Below are positions 12,301-27,300 of a DNA stretch of 64,000 bases, piece by piece. The notes under the pieces were generated by a model that ran no database searches, was not told the DNA's origin, and saw nothing but the letters and a program-made list of their open reading frames with translations. The stretch is from Nemertoderma westbladi (lineage: Eukaryota > Animalia > Xenacoelomorpha), in assembly GCA_032718475.1 (NCBI GenBank), contig JAUCBJ010007300.1:124001-188000 (forward strand). The letters run 5' to 3'. A program made the translations under genes and the position numbers. The number at the start of each line of letters is the position of its first letter. Position 1 is the first letter of the stretch.

Positions 12301-15300
12301 AGGGCTGGTGGTGGGACACATTCTTAAAATGATAGGCATTTCATAGTCTGATCCTGCAATCGTTCTTCTTAAACACGTCGTGTCGCTTGCAGTTTAGCTA
12401 GTGAATCGCAAATTATTTTATGATATAAAGGCATTTAATTTATCCAACGGATAAGTAAAATAAGTAGTTTATATAAATTAATACAGTAATAGGTTATAGA
12501 TACATTATAGAACATTATAGTAAAAATAAATAAAATATATATATGTATTAATTACACAGCCACATATTAGGGAGTTATTATTTAAATAAAATCGGGTATT
12601 ATAAAATTTATATTTGCTGAAGGTGGAATGCGAGGCTGAGGGTTGTGGGGCGAGCCACGTTGGGTCCTTGATTAAATTATTTTATATTTTACCCATAACA
12701 GCATAGTCCTTGATTAAATTATTTTATATTTTACCCATAACAGCATAATAAGCCTACCGCTTATCATAGTCCACTCAATTGTTCAGTGATGCAGTGTGTG
12801 ATTTGCCTGCTTTCTGCCTTGCACTATACACATTGTGCTGTGCATGTGCATTGTACAGTGCTGTATTAACAGAATTAGACAAACATATGTTTGGCTGTAT
12901 GGTGGTTTTCACTTGTCAGGTTGTGGTTGTGCATTGTCATCTGCGCTGCTAAGTATCAGTAAGGGGTACAGACATAGACAGATACATACATGCACTATAC
13001 CATCCGTAAGGTAGGCAGGCCTATTGCAGTTCTTATCCCGTTAAAAAATTCAACATATGTTTCATATGTGGTATATATATGTTGTATGTAAAAGATGTCT
13101 TAAAATTAGATATAAAATATCATATGAGCAATTATATGATCTTAGAATTAATTAATTTTCGAAGATTTATCAAAATGAATAATCTATTATAGCTGGAAAT
13201 TAGATAACTTAATTAAATCTAACTAATAGAATACGAATTTACGGATCATCACCAAAATCTAATAAGGATACTCTCATATCACTATGGATTAAATATTTTC
13301 ATATATACTCCGATGCTTCCTTCTCTAAATGTATAGGGTAGGTGTAGGGCCGTAGGATAGGGTGTAGGGATTGGATAGGATAAGGTACTGACGTAGGCTA
13401 CCCCCCCCCCCACACCTCTCTATAGGAAATGCAGACCCACACCAGTGATTGGTCAGTCTCAGTTTAAATTTTTACTCTTTTTGTCGCACTTGTCACATAA
13501 AAAACATATGTGTATCACATGTGAACATTCCACATATGGATCACATTTGACAACACTGTAACATTTACATATATGTATCACATGTCGAATTATTTATGGC
13601 AACCATATATGAAACACATACTCATGTTTAACTGGGTTGTCATGTACTGTGTTACGTAGGCCTACCGGTAGTCATATACCGTATTTCAATATTTAAAAGA
13701 TATTTTATTATAAAATTAGAATGTGTACGCAATGTATCTGGAAGTCATAAATTAAATTATACGTTATTTTGATTAACAGATTACTGAATCCAGGTACCGT
13801 AATGACTGAATACCAGTAATCATTTGTTAGACAAAGAGATTCCAGTGCACATCCTAGAGGATGGTATAGGAACTTGTTAATTGTACATGTTTTGCGGTAT
13901 CATAAAATATATTGGGCTCAATGCTTTGCAATATTACCCAATACCCATTATCTAACTAATATTTCAGCAGTGCGAAATAAAATGATATAAAATTGCCCAA
14001 ATCCCATTTCAAATGCATTTGCCTTGTTGGACTATATACTATTATACATACTTATTGTTTTTTATTTGAATGAAATAATATATAATTTCGTATGTATAAC
14101 ATATGTAATCAAATAGTCGCATCAAAGCTTAATGGCCTTGGATTTGTGCTTCTACTTAAGCTTCTGCTTACTTAAGCAGTAAGCATATAGTATAATATGA
14201 AAAATTAATACAAGGCCTTATTCGGTATTATAAGGACGTAGGATCAAGATATTCTGTTACCGAGCTGGAAGTTCTTGCTAATTCTCCTATTCTTAATTAT
14301 CGCTCTCGCCTACTGGAATATAGGTTTACTGTAGAATGGCGAAAAGGGAACGAACATTGTATTCCCATTCCAGAGCCCCAGTAAATAAACCGGATGAGAA
14401 TATTTCAATTACACAAGAAAGTGATGGATTGTGTGGATTTAATCCCTCAAGAAACAGTGAATGATTTTATACTTATGAACTGTGTAGATATGCCAATGAT
14501 GCAGATAAAGAATATCAAGAGTTGATTAAAATGCTATTGATTAATTGTTTAATATATTATTTATTAATTATTAATAATATATTTATTTATATTTATTTAT
14601 ATTCTATTTATATTATTATTAATAGGTATTGTAATAGTAATAATTGTTTATTAATTAATTGAATGATTAATGCTGATGATTAATGGATTTGCTACCATAA
14701 TCTCAACCAGATTAATATTAAAGTTAATAAACATCTGTATTTTATTATTTTTGATTGACAGGTGCAAATCTGGAACAACATGTTTCATAGAACAACAGAT
14801 GGTGCCGGGATTTCCTAATGAGGAAATGCCTGTTAATATCATATCAGCTATTGGTACTTTTAGGTATGTATTTTCTGCACTGACCTGTAATGTTGTATAC
14901 CCACCCATGTACGTACGTACCCTGTTTTGATCCCCCATTCCTTGTAGAAGGCTGTTGAATTGTATAATTGATATATATATGTGTATATATATCATTTTTC
15001 CATTTTATATTAGTAGCAGTTTTTCTGCTACTAATGGATCAGGGTACGATGTCAGATGTAAAGGTCGATGTACTAATGTCTCACGTGCTCAGATGGCCAG
15101 TCGATGAGAGCTGCCCAGTCACTGGTGTATATGTGTCCATTCTTTCTTGAGGGACACCTGTGCAGTGGTAAAGAGGGTTTTCTCGGGAGTCGGATCAAAT
15201 GGAAAAACAGGGTAGATTGGTCTATTGCACTTTTATTATCACCTCCTCATGGCATAATGATAAACGTAAATATACCATAGATATTAACCAACTACAATAA

Positions 15301-18300
15301 TTTGACACCATACAGTGGATATCCTAAGAATGTTGTATACACTAACTTCTCAAATCATCAACGGAACCAATATAATGGAAAGCATAATGATAGATGATCG
15401 AGATGGGGGACAGATAGGGCGTGACTGACTCCTGATTGGTTGGTGGCATTCTCTTTGGGTGAGAATGACTTTGTGTAACACAATTGGCCTTAAGTATTCT
15501 AATACTATAATCTGCATACTGGGCTTGGTAGGTTAGAAGATGCAATTATGAATTTGCTTATAGAGGAGGTCTATTAACCATAATTTGTTGGTCTTAATCA
15601 AGTTGGCTTGATTTTTTGGCACATATTCATATTGCTAAATTTCTGTCAGCTGGTACATGTTTGGTACAGCTACACCATCAAGGAGCTTAATTTTAACAAC
15701 ATAATCAATCAATGTTGCATTGCTACATTTACATATATATATCAGCCATGATGTATCGCTGTGATTCGCTGATAACACAATGCCACCATATTTTGCGATT
15801 AGCTGCCAATATGACCGACCTTGGTAGGAATGTAAATGGATGAACACTAAGTTCATAATAAGATCATACACAGGCAGATCAGTTCTACAGTGGTTTATGT
15901 ACATCATTAATTAACAAGTTTTCAGCTTTTAATGCTCAAAGTGCTATAAATTAAATACAGTAGGGTAAATTGTACAAGGTAAGTTAAGTACCGGTGAAAT
16001 ATTTAATGTTAGTATCATTTCAGATAAAGTTTCTTCTCCCAAATTTTCTAGAGTGATTGCAACATGCACAAATGATTGTGGAGTTCTTGAAGAGTTGGAA
16101 TATCTGTGGAAGTTAAGGAGACTTAAAGATAATAATGCAGCTGAATGGACTGATATGGAAATTAAAGTTAATGATAACGGTAATAATATTACAACTGCAG
16201 CAGTGCAAATCAAAATAAAAAATGTCATGCTTTATTACTATTAACCATTTCATATCATCCACTCCTCCGCTTTATAAGCGACTAAATTGTACTACCCCTT
16301 TTATTTACTTTATAAGCACCAAGTATGAAATTTAATGACACCAATTACACCGTGCCAGTTATAAACCGTTTGTGGGCCTTCGCGTAGCACGAGACTGCGT
16401 AGGTACCAAGTTTGGTTTAATTTCATCAATGATTGGCCGCTACTAGCTAGGGCTATTTGAGATAAGTATCACATTTTTAGTTTTACAATACTCTGTCCTT
16501 CATTAACCTCGTTGCGCTCATCCTTTATTGTCTCAAAATATTTTTCCTAAACGCACATTGACGACCTTTATAACTATGCAAAGTCTCGAAACTGTGTGAG
16601 TAACTGCTGATTTATGGCATATGGATAGTCGTATCCACTGCAAAACTCTGCGTTCGTCCTGTACAACCTGGTCACTAAATGACCCCCCTTGTATCCGCCA
16701 CTGTTACTGTATCATCATCAGATATATAGTTATGTAACCACCTATCGTTATAGTCTAGCTTGGCTAAAGGCTGTATGGTAGGTACAGTTTAAATAATAAT
16801 TAAGCCCAGAGTATAAATTTCAGAATGGAGAATTTTTAGAATTTCAGTTTTATTACAGTGTAAATTAGTCTGAGTAGAGGACACTTTTAAAGTGGGTTGG
16901 ACTAACACTAAAAAAGTGGGCACTAAAAACTACACACGGTAATTTTGTATATCACAACAATACACAACAGCTACCTTTCTCAAGCTTTGACGTGTGTGGG
17001 AATTGTATAATCAAATATAAATTGCTTTAGGACCACAATATTTATTTTTGTTAGTTATTAAATATCTATTGTAACTGGATAATGTGTGGCCGTCTTAATA
17101 TATCATATACAGATGACGTTGCTCTTGGCAGTACCATGTTCATGGAAGAAGAACTGCATCTAAATATATTTGAGTTGACTGCATTCGGAATTCCTTCAGA
17201 TGATGCCAAACGAATTGGTACGAGCTCAATGTTGTTGAAGGTGAGTTATAATTTTTGTTTTTTATTTATTATTTACATTCCAATGAGGCTAGAAGTCTCA
17301 CTAGAAGCCTTCTAGGTACTATATTTGGTATTTAAATGTGTATATCATTTTAATATATTGTTCAGTTGGATGTGTTTATAAACTATCCAAACAATTATCA
17401 TGAATTTGGGAGTGGTAAAAAATATATCTATAAACTGCTTCCTGTATACAATGCTTTACTGAATAAATAATATTTCAGGTGAATTTACCACCGAACCCAG
17501 TTAATCCCGATGATGTATGTATAGCAAGTTTGTGCGACCAGGATGCCCTCAACATACTCAGTGGACCCGGAAATGAGTTCGATAACTTATTATTCTATGA
17601 TATTGATTGCACTGATAACTTTACTGATCCTGAAGGCGACAGATTAACTAACTACAGATTTATAGGTCAGTCTGTTAGAATCATGTCAATTTGATCTAAT
17701 ATTATTATTGCATTCACTAATCCCGTTTAATCCTAAGAACTATACAAAATTAAATTTTCAACAAATTTTTCCCACTGCATTTTGATTGTCTCCCATTTCA
17801 TTATGGATGGGCTTGATCGACCTGAACTGTGGTTCAACGTCGGCAGACACATAAAAAAGCCATCTCCATTCAAAAATCATGTTGCTATGGCACAAGGTTA
17901 TTAACACTTGTCCATTCATACACTATACTGCAGTATGGTCCCTTGGTATATTGTACTGGTGATACATACTGTTTTTTTTAGGATATTTTCTGATTGACAT
18001 GAATTATAGTAGCCTATATTTAAATAGACTACTTCTCCCATTACCAGGAGATAGTACGGGTATTAGGGCCACCCTTGAACCAGCCCAAAGGGGACGGGAG
18101 GGGGGGGGGGGGGGAAGCACAAGTCACCCTGGCCCTGGGCATTCAGGAACTTCAAGCATGTGGGAGCCACATACAACATGGCCTCTATTAGTAATTAAAT
18201 AAATATTAAATAATAAATAAATAGTAAATAATAAATAAATATTAAATTATAAATAAATATTTAAATAATAAATATATATTAAGCTGTTGTCTATAATTCC

Positions 18301-21300
18301 ACCCACAGCCACTCGCAATGTTGGACAAGAACAAGAACTGGTATTTGGTTCCGATTCTAAAGTATCAGTTCGTTTACCCACTGGGCTGAAACGCCACAAT
18401 TACATGGTCAACATATCAGTGGAGGTTTTTGATCTCTATGGTGCTTTTGCAAAATACCACATAGACACAAAGAAGGTAAATCTTATTTCTGTAATTTAAC
18501 CTTTGTTTCTAGCCCATCATTGGGTGAGTACAGCTTCTATTATAAAACATGGTGTAGTAGTGGGGAAGCCATGATTATCTATTGGAATATCAGTATTATT
18601 TAGGAATACTCAACTGTATTTATCAACATTATCAATATTATTTCACAGTTAGGTATGAATGAAATTAATGAAATAACTATTTGAGGAAATAAGATAAATT
18701 AAATTGAATATCTATAGGTAGAAATGCCTCCTTTACCCGGCGGTGCCAATACAACTGATAGATTGGAGAAAATGGAAGAATTGTTTGTAGCTGTGGATTC
18801 AATGATGACAAAAAATTTTACAAAATATTTACATGAAGGTTTGTTACCCAACTCTCTATACCTTATTACATGTAAATCTAACATCAACCTAACGATGTAT
18901 GGATTTTTTCTCGGAATATAATATTTTTGATCTCTATTGCAATAAAATTTATGAAATCCCATCAGTGATCCCAAAGTGATTGCTATGTCAAAATCAGAAT
19001 GAGTTACGTAAAGGATGTGGAGTGGAACATGGACAATTCCTATTCTGGCACTGATAATTGAAGGATAATTTAATAATTATCAACAAAGTTTTCGTGCGTG
19101 ATGTGGGTGCTCCTACACTTTAACAAACAATATAACATAGACTACAATCGGGGATGGTAAGATATGTACTGTATGGTTTGTATATTGCTATTATTTCTGA
19201 GTGCTTAATTGATAACTGATATTGAGTAGTGAATTTAGACCAGTAGTGTTAGTTTTTTACATAGCCCAACTCATCCCATATTGCCCTTGTGATGGCCTGT
19301 TAATTGTAAAATATTTGATTCTCTAAAACTATTTAATTATTATTATATGTTGTGGCCGAAATATTGGCATTAGACGAAACCTACAACTTTTCGATAACCC
19401 TAAAGATCTACTGCACTTGCACTATAACCAATCCCCCCACCCGGGACACACATTAATAATACGTAATGTAGTGGGTGACTCCTGTTCACCTTGGATCATG
19501 GATCTGTCAGTCAGGTGAAAACCTTCGAATATAAAAGGGAAAGCATGTTATTCTGAGTAACTGTCAGGTAGAACTGATTAACTGGTACGAACACACCTGT
19601 AAAAAGGTGTTGAACAGATAGTTCCAAAGGAAACTGGTTACTGAAGAATGCATAACAAGGTTATATATATTAAATGTATCCAGACCAGGAAAAAACCCTG
19701 AGTAAAATATCATAAGTATAAAAATAACAATAAGAGTCAGGGAAATTCGACACAAATCCCATATTGTAGAATTAATGTATCTTCTCAATGTTACCTTATC
19801 AATTAAAGCACACAATGGCACATTATTATAACCAAAACAATAAACTAAGGTCATTTGAACATGTTATAGTTTATTTTTGGGAGTAATCAGCTGTTATTTA
19901 CGTTTATTTTCCCTGGAAAAGGATGAATTTTGAATTGTATACAGACGACGATCCCTTCTCCTAAGAATAATAATATAAAATATAATATATGTGTCTTAAA
20001 TTGGAAATATCTGTTTTAAACACAAAACGACTCTACAGAAGTTCTTACGAGCATAGTAGGGCGAACATTTGTGGAATTGAGGGAGCCAAATGTGCACTGG
20101 AAGACAAGACCTAACAACAGGAAGATGGATGTCCAGTAAGTGTTATGGGGTACAGCCCATCATATAATTTTATCGAATATGCAAAACTTCTGAAAATATG
20201 GAATTTGTTGAAGTGGGCACAGCCCAGACTCCTTATAAAGTTATCTCATATGGTAAGGAGCTCCAACTTTGTTATGAGATCCTGAGGGTAGTTGTCCCAA
20301 ACAGCACAAGAGTATTCCAGGTTTAAGCACACAAAAGATTTGTAAATGTTCAGGAGTGCTTCTCTGCTAACCTTGTATTTAACGATTCGTAACATATTAA
20401 TGTTTAATTAACTTTATATTATTAATAATAATATTGATAATTGATAAATTTGACTATTAAAATAATAAAGTAATTAATAAACTATAGATTATGGACTTTT
20501 GTAACAAATTGAAATATGTTATTTATTTGTAATACCATTTAGGAAGTGCGAGAAATGTTAGTATGATGGCATCAACTATAGCAGCTCTACTCAATGATGT
20601 CATAGACAAATCTGAAGAACCACCGAATGGTGAAGTTGATACCGTCACCACTACAGTAGCTGCTACGACTCAGCCACCTGGAAATGTAAGTAGATACCTG
20701 TACACTGTACCAAAAATAGAAGCCGCTATGATGCAGTTACCTAGTAATGTAAGTATACTGAATTGAGAGATTTTAATACCACCATGGGTAATATGTTTAA
20801 ATGTTAAAAACAAAAAGGAAGATAAAACGTTCAATAATAAAAATAGCAGAGCAGGATTGGACATGATCTTTGAGTCAGTGAGATGCTGACTCAACCAGCA
20901 TAGGTACATGTATCTGATCGGTGGCAGCATTTTTTGGATGAGCAAACCTTGTGGTGGTATCCATTGGAAACCATTTGTGCTGCAGCTCTCTGGAGGACAT
21001 CAGTGAGATGAGACAGATCAATTACGCCATTTTGAGTATCAGTAGTCCTGGTGTTGTCAACAGCAGTGAGGATGTGAAAGCAAACTTACTCACACCACAT
21101 CTTCCAATAAAACCCCTGTACATGGATCACATATTCCAAAGTTGGAATATCCTCTGTGTTTTGGAATACTTCGCATCCATAGGTGATAGAGGGGTAGATT
21201 ACTGAAATCCAAAGCCATTTGGCTGTGTCTAGCGAGACAAGTGAGAGTTGTACTTTAGTGGCAAGGCTCATACAGCATTGCATTCATATTTTTATACAGT

Positions 21301-24300
21301 TTGTTATGGTGTGCTGTAGCTTTATTGTTTATAAAGAAAGTCACCCCCAAATAATCAAAACTTTTAGTAAATTCTATTGGTATACCCATGCAGAATAACT
21401 TATCATTGTGTACGAGGCATCCTCCCCAGCGGAATTTCATTGATGGAATTTTGGTTAAATTAATAGCTAATGTATTGTCTCTACAATAGACCTCCAGAGC
21501 ATCGAGACGAGCCTGAACATCCTGGAGGGTGCACCCCATGATCACTAGATCATCAGCATATAAAATTACTAGACATCCAATGCTATAGGAGCAGGATAAA
21601 AGGACTGCTTTAAAGATGCATTTGAGAGATCATCAGGGCCACAAGTTTTGTGGTTCTTCAGGGAGTTTATTAAATTACATAATTTGGACACCTTGATAGG
21701 TCTATCCAGATCTGGACATCAGTTTTCAGGGAATATTGGTATTCATTTTAAACATCTTTAGTGAGGAGAGATGAGAAATAATCTAACCATTCCTTCTCTG
21801 GGACCTGTTGTGAAGTAGGAGTCGGCCAAGAGCATCCATTGATGATTTTCCAAAATCTATGTCTGTCTGCCTCACATTCTTCTATGAGATTATGCTCGCT
21901 TATTAATTCATATACTTGCTTTTTCTCTCTTATTAGTGCTTTGTATATTAGTTGTATGGAGTTATAAGACTCAAGTGTTAAATAATTGTGGTTCTCCCAC
22001 AATTTCAGGGCGGCAGAATGCGCATTGGTTGTGTCTCGCTTTATAGCACGAAATATCAAACCAGGGATTCAATCATTTCTTCTTTGGCTCAAGTGCAGAG
22101 CCTATGATTGCAGATGTGATGTAACTACAGGCATTGTAACTACAAGCATCATCAGCACCCACCAATAAACATTAGTTAAAATATTCCCAGTTGACAAGTT
22201 CTCCAAGGGTTGATGTATCATGTTATCTTACTGGTATGGTACGATATTGTCTATTAGCAGCTCTTTTATTGGGATATAGTCGAATATAGACTCGTTGGTA
22301 TTTAGTATTCAGGGTATTGATAATTTCAAGTGCAGCTGAATTCAGTAGTACCTTATCCAGGAATACAAGGTCTACAATGCTGCTTCCATCCCATGAAAGG
22401 CATGTTGGGGTTGAGGAATTTTGTAGCAAGTGAATGCCAGCGCCCAGAAGTGTACTGGATAAAATGTAAGTATATACCGGTACAGAAACCACAGTAGTAG
22501 CCCTTATGACATAGCCACTTAGTATTGAAGTGGAACAAACTAACTACAATGAACTGACATAGGCAGTAAGCCACCTGTTAATGTAAGTCAATACCAGCAC
22601 CAGAACTATTGCAGTAGTTCCTATAACACAGCCACCTGGTAATGTAAGTCGATGCCAGTATTGTGACCACAGCAGTAGTCACTATGACCTGCCACCTCAT
22701 AAAGTGAGTAGATACCAGTACGCCCGTGATGCAGCCACCAGGCAATGTATGCAGTTATACAAGTACCAATATCAAAACTAACTAGGATCAGCATGCTGCA
22801 TTGCAGCTGCATTTTTAAGAATGCTGTGCCGGCTTGTCGACAAAATTGCGCCGCCACAACTCCCTATCACCCATGACATTTGCTAGATCATCCGGATCTT
22901 CAAGGCCAGTGTCCTTTAAGATGCGTCTCAAGAAAGTCATGGGCTGTCCACCATGCTTATTCGCTCCATGAGGCTGCCAAAGTACAAGATTATGCACTGG
23001 CTGGTCCTCATGGCGAAAGCAATGGCCTGCAGAGCAGAGGCGATTTTGTTCTAGTGTCAAGCTTGGGGGAACCAACGAGACACCTCCAATGTTATATAGT
23101 GTCTGGTTGGAGATGTGTGCATTGTACTTGACACAATGAACCCGGCATAGCATTCTTGAAGCACTTCAGTCAATGGATGAAGACTAATCCACCGATTCAA
23201 TATACCAGAATATAATAACAGCCCACAAGGAATCAGCTAAGAGGCATATCCCCCAGAAACCTAAACGAAAACAGTATGTGCCATGGCAAAACTCTGAGGT
23301 TACTTGTAAGAGAGAAGATCTTAAGATAGCCTACAAAGTTAAAACCGAACAACCAACAACCGAAAACATTAACAAGGTTGAGAAAGCTAAGGACGATCTT
23401 AAATTGGCCTACAACATCAGCCAGGAAAAGTACATACAGGATAAAACTGAAGCAATTACAACTGCTCACATACAGCAACAATCAAGACTTACCTGGCAAA
23501 CTGTAAATGAGGTATCTGGTCGGAAAAGTTGTGCAAAGGGGCGCCTCAAAGCCGATAGTCCTGAAGAACGTGTTGGGAAGTGGAAAAATTACTTCAGCAA
23601 CTTGCTTGGGCAGCCACCAAACATCGAGGTCAGCCCTACAAGGAAAATATATGACAAGACACTACCTATAGAAACAGGGGACTTCACACCTGCCAAACTC
23701 CAAAGAAGCATTAAAAGCATGTCCAATAATAAAGTGAGTGGATTGGATGAAATCCCAATGGAGGTATGGAAAATCGGAGTGCTAAATAGACCATTATTGA
23801 ATGTTTGCAACTGGATGTTAAAAGGGGAAAAGCCACCACCAATTTGGACTAAAGGTCAACTAAAGCCTCTCCCCAAGAAAGGAGACCTTGGCATACCAAC
23901 AAACTATCGTGGGATCTGTCTGCTTGTGGTAGCTGCCAAAATATACAATAAAATGATTCTATATAGGATTAGGCCTCACATAGAGAAACTACTGCGTAAG
24001 GGCCAAAACGGATTTCGACCAAGTAGATCAACAATAGCTCAGATACTTGCACTACGGAGACTGATTGAAGGAATTAAGTCAAAGAATCTCCCTGCAGTCA
24101 TGACTTTTGTGGACTTCAAGAAGGCATTTGACTCCATCCATAGAGGTAAAATGCTTGAAATCCTAAGAGCTTATGGAATACCAGAAGTAATTGTTGCTGG
24201 CATTGGATTGTTATATTGTGACACAGAAGCGCAGGTACTCTCACCAGATGGTGAAACTGAGTTTTTCTCAATCCTGGCTGGCGTACTGCAAGGTGACACA

Positions 24301-27300
24301 TTAGCACCATTACTATTTGTAATTGTGCTGGATTACGCAATGAGGACGGCCACAAAGGGTGAAGATCTGGGATTCACACTTCAAGAACGCAGAAGTAGTA
24401 GATATCCGGCAACTACAGTCACAGACACCGACTTTGCGGATGACATCGCCCTGCTCTCTAATACGCTAGCAGATGCACAGCTTCTACTAAATAAAGTGGA
24501 GAGGGCTGCTAAGGAGGTTGGATTGCATATAAATGCTACCAAGACCGAATTCATGACCTTTAATGTTGATGGAAACTTGACAACCATTGATAATAATCAA
24601 CTAAGGAAGGTCGATGACTTCCAGTACCTTGGATCATGGATAGAGAGTAGCAAAAAGGACATAGAAGTTAGGAAAGCAAAGGCTTGGGTAGCTCTATCAA
24701 AAATGGATACCATCTGGAAATCAGATCTCTCCAGGCACCTGAAGACTAAGTTCTTTCGAGCCACAGTGGAAAGTGTATTTTTATACGGGGGTGAGACCTG
24801 GACACTGACTAAATCACTTGAACAACGAATTGATGGTTGCTACACAAGAATACTAAGGGAGCCCTAAACATCAGCTGGAGACAACACATGACAAACGCTG
24901 AGCTTTATGGTACAATACCACCTGTATCAACCACCCTCCTTGAACGCAGATTAAGATTCAGTGGGCACTGCTGGTGAAGTAAAGACGAGGTCATACCAGA
25001 TCTACTTCTCTGGCAACCCACTCATGGAAAGCGTAGTCATGGACGACCTGCCATAACATATATAGATCAACTTGAAAGGGATACTGAACTTGGGAGAAAT
25101 GAAATTGCGACAACTATGGAGAATCGGGACATGGACTCCGATAGGAGTACTGGAACTACTGCTGCTCTAAATAATCGGACCTTAAGTTTCCAATTATTTC
25201 TCGGTGACTTCCAAATCCTGGAAAGCCTATTCAAGGCTGCCCATGCCTTTCCCTTACGTATTCGAAGGTCCTCACCTGACTTCCAGATCCATGATCCCAG
25301 GTAACAGAAGTCGTCCACATGCTCAAGCATACAATCCTTTGAGCTTATGCTCATCCGATCAGAGACTTGCTGAGGACTTTCAATGTTAACTGTCAAAATT
25401 GTGGTCTTTCTGGAGTTAATAAAAATACCAACACTAGAAGCAGCATGTTCTAATGAGCTGAGGAGCCGTTGGGCTCCCTCTAGTGATTCTGATAGTACTC
25501 CTAAGTCATCAGCAAAGTCTAGATCAGTTAGGTACTTGGTAGGATTTCCTCGACTTCTGCAGCCAGTAGGTGGAGATATCATCACCCCATCATCATTATG
25601 ATGATCTAAGGACATGCATAGAACATAGTCAACCACAATTATGAACAAGAATGGTGCAAGTGTATCTCCCTGGAGGATGCCCCATAACACTTCAAATGGT
25701 TCTGTGTCACCATCAACAGTAGTCACAAATGTCGTCGAACCATCGTATATTGATCTGATTGCTGCAATAATTTCATAATATCAATACAGTTGTATGTATA
25801 GTACTTATTAGCTTATTACAACATTTATTTGGTTCATTCTAATTAAATACAATGGATAACTTTTTAGTTTTTGACTTGCTATCACCAATATTATATTTGA
25901 TTGTAGAACTCTGATGTCACTGCAAGGCAGTCTAAGGAAAGAGCATTGAAACAGAAGCGGGCTGAATTCAGAAGTCAACTAATTGATGGGTTGGAACCGA
26001 TGATGCAAAGAAGTAACACCCCATCTCAGTTGGGAATGGTTATGTCTGCAGTGAAAGAAGTTACTGGAGTTCCTGACGAAATAACTGTTGGTTCACAGGT
26101 GGGATATACTTTATATAGTTAAGTATGTATATATAGTATATATCATTAATAGGAGAATAATTGTACAAAGCCATATTGTTCATTAAATTTTACATCACAG
26201 TGGTTCAGGCATTTTATATGGATAAACACCCTAGGTTTATTAATTGTACTTGTTCTTCTTACATATTCTGATAAAACTGTCAATTTACCATTACAATAAT
26301 TGAAAAGCAATTGAAAATTTATAAGATATTGTTTTAATGACAATTTTATGGAGTATATATACACGTTACCAGTGATGAATGACTGTAGAAGTGAGTTTTT
26401 ACAGTTTAGATCAGGTTTAGTTTAAATACCACATGGGATAGGTCTAGGTGTTATTTTGACATAATCAGTTACCATGGTATATTTTCTAGGACAAACTTAC
26501 TCACATGTTGGTTCATGCAGCAAGCACATTCAGTAATCTTACTTCTACAATGGACCAGAATACAATGACTGCTGTAGCTTCTACTATGTTCGCATCTATG
26601 GGAAATATTCTAAGATCTGTTGATGCTTCAATTCATGAGCCAATCGATGAGGGTACTGAAGTGACAACTGATACACTGAATCAACAACTATCATTTGAGG
26701 TTAAATTTATCATCAATTTATGATGTTAATTTATGTGTTTCATTTTACTTGGGAGTATATCGAATCTGCTCCCATTGCTTTGGCCCTATAACTTTTAATA
26801 TCTTTACTACATCATCATGAACATTTGTTTTTTTTCAGGGCCTAATTAATTGTAATTTTACAGGAACAATTACGACTTGTTAATAATCTCAGCAAACCAT
26901 GGTGTGAGTACACCGACACAGAAAGACAACAAGCTAAGCTTAACTTAACGATTCTCAAAGCCGCTTCGAGGTCGGATGTTGTTTCAAAATCTATGCAGAA
27001 CACCATAAAGGCGATAGGATCGGCTATTAATTCAAATAAGGTATAAAATAGGATCCAAAAAAAGTCAAACAACAAAAGGTTTTTAAATTGCATTAATGGC
27101 AGGGCATAGAGACAATATGGGCCATTTGTGCATTTTTATTACTCAACTGGCAGAAGTACTGAGGCCCTAAAGGGTTATGGGTTCCCCCTTTTTTCTAAGT
27201 CCAACCCAGAGATACTATCCCAGACCTGGAGATACTAAGTCCAACCCAGAGATACTATCCCAGGCCTGGAGATACTAAGTCCAGCCCGGAGATATTAATT

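Larger units (their letters stand above)
4794..13949 (-). mobile_element. Ngaro-type DIRS (tyrosine recombinase) retrotransposon, apparently full length
   Basis: Split direct repeats in Ngaro order: A1 13694-13949, ORFs, B1 5284-5467, A2 5033-5285, B2 4794-4977. Gag-like, RT/RNase H and YR ORFs are all open. Confidence 0.95.

Noticed and set aside
23233-23481. Identical 82-aa minus ORFs here and at 63061-63309
   Set aside because: Antisense shadow of two near-identical RTE copies.
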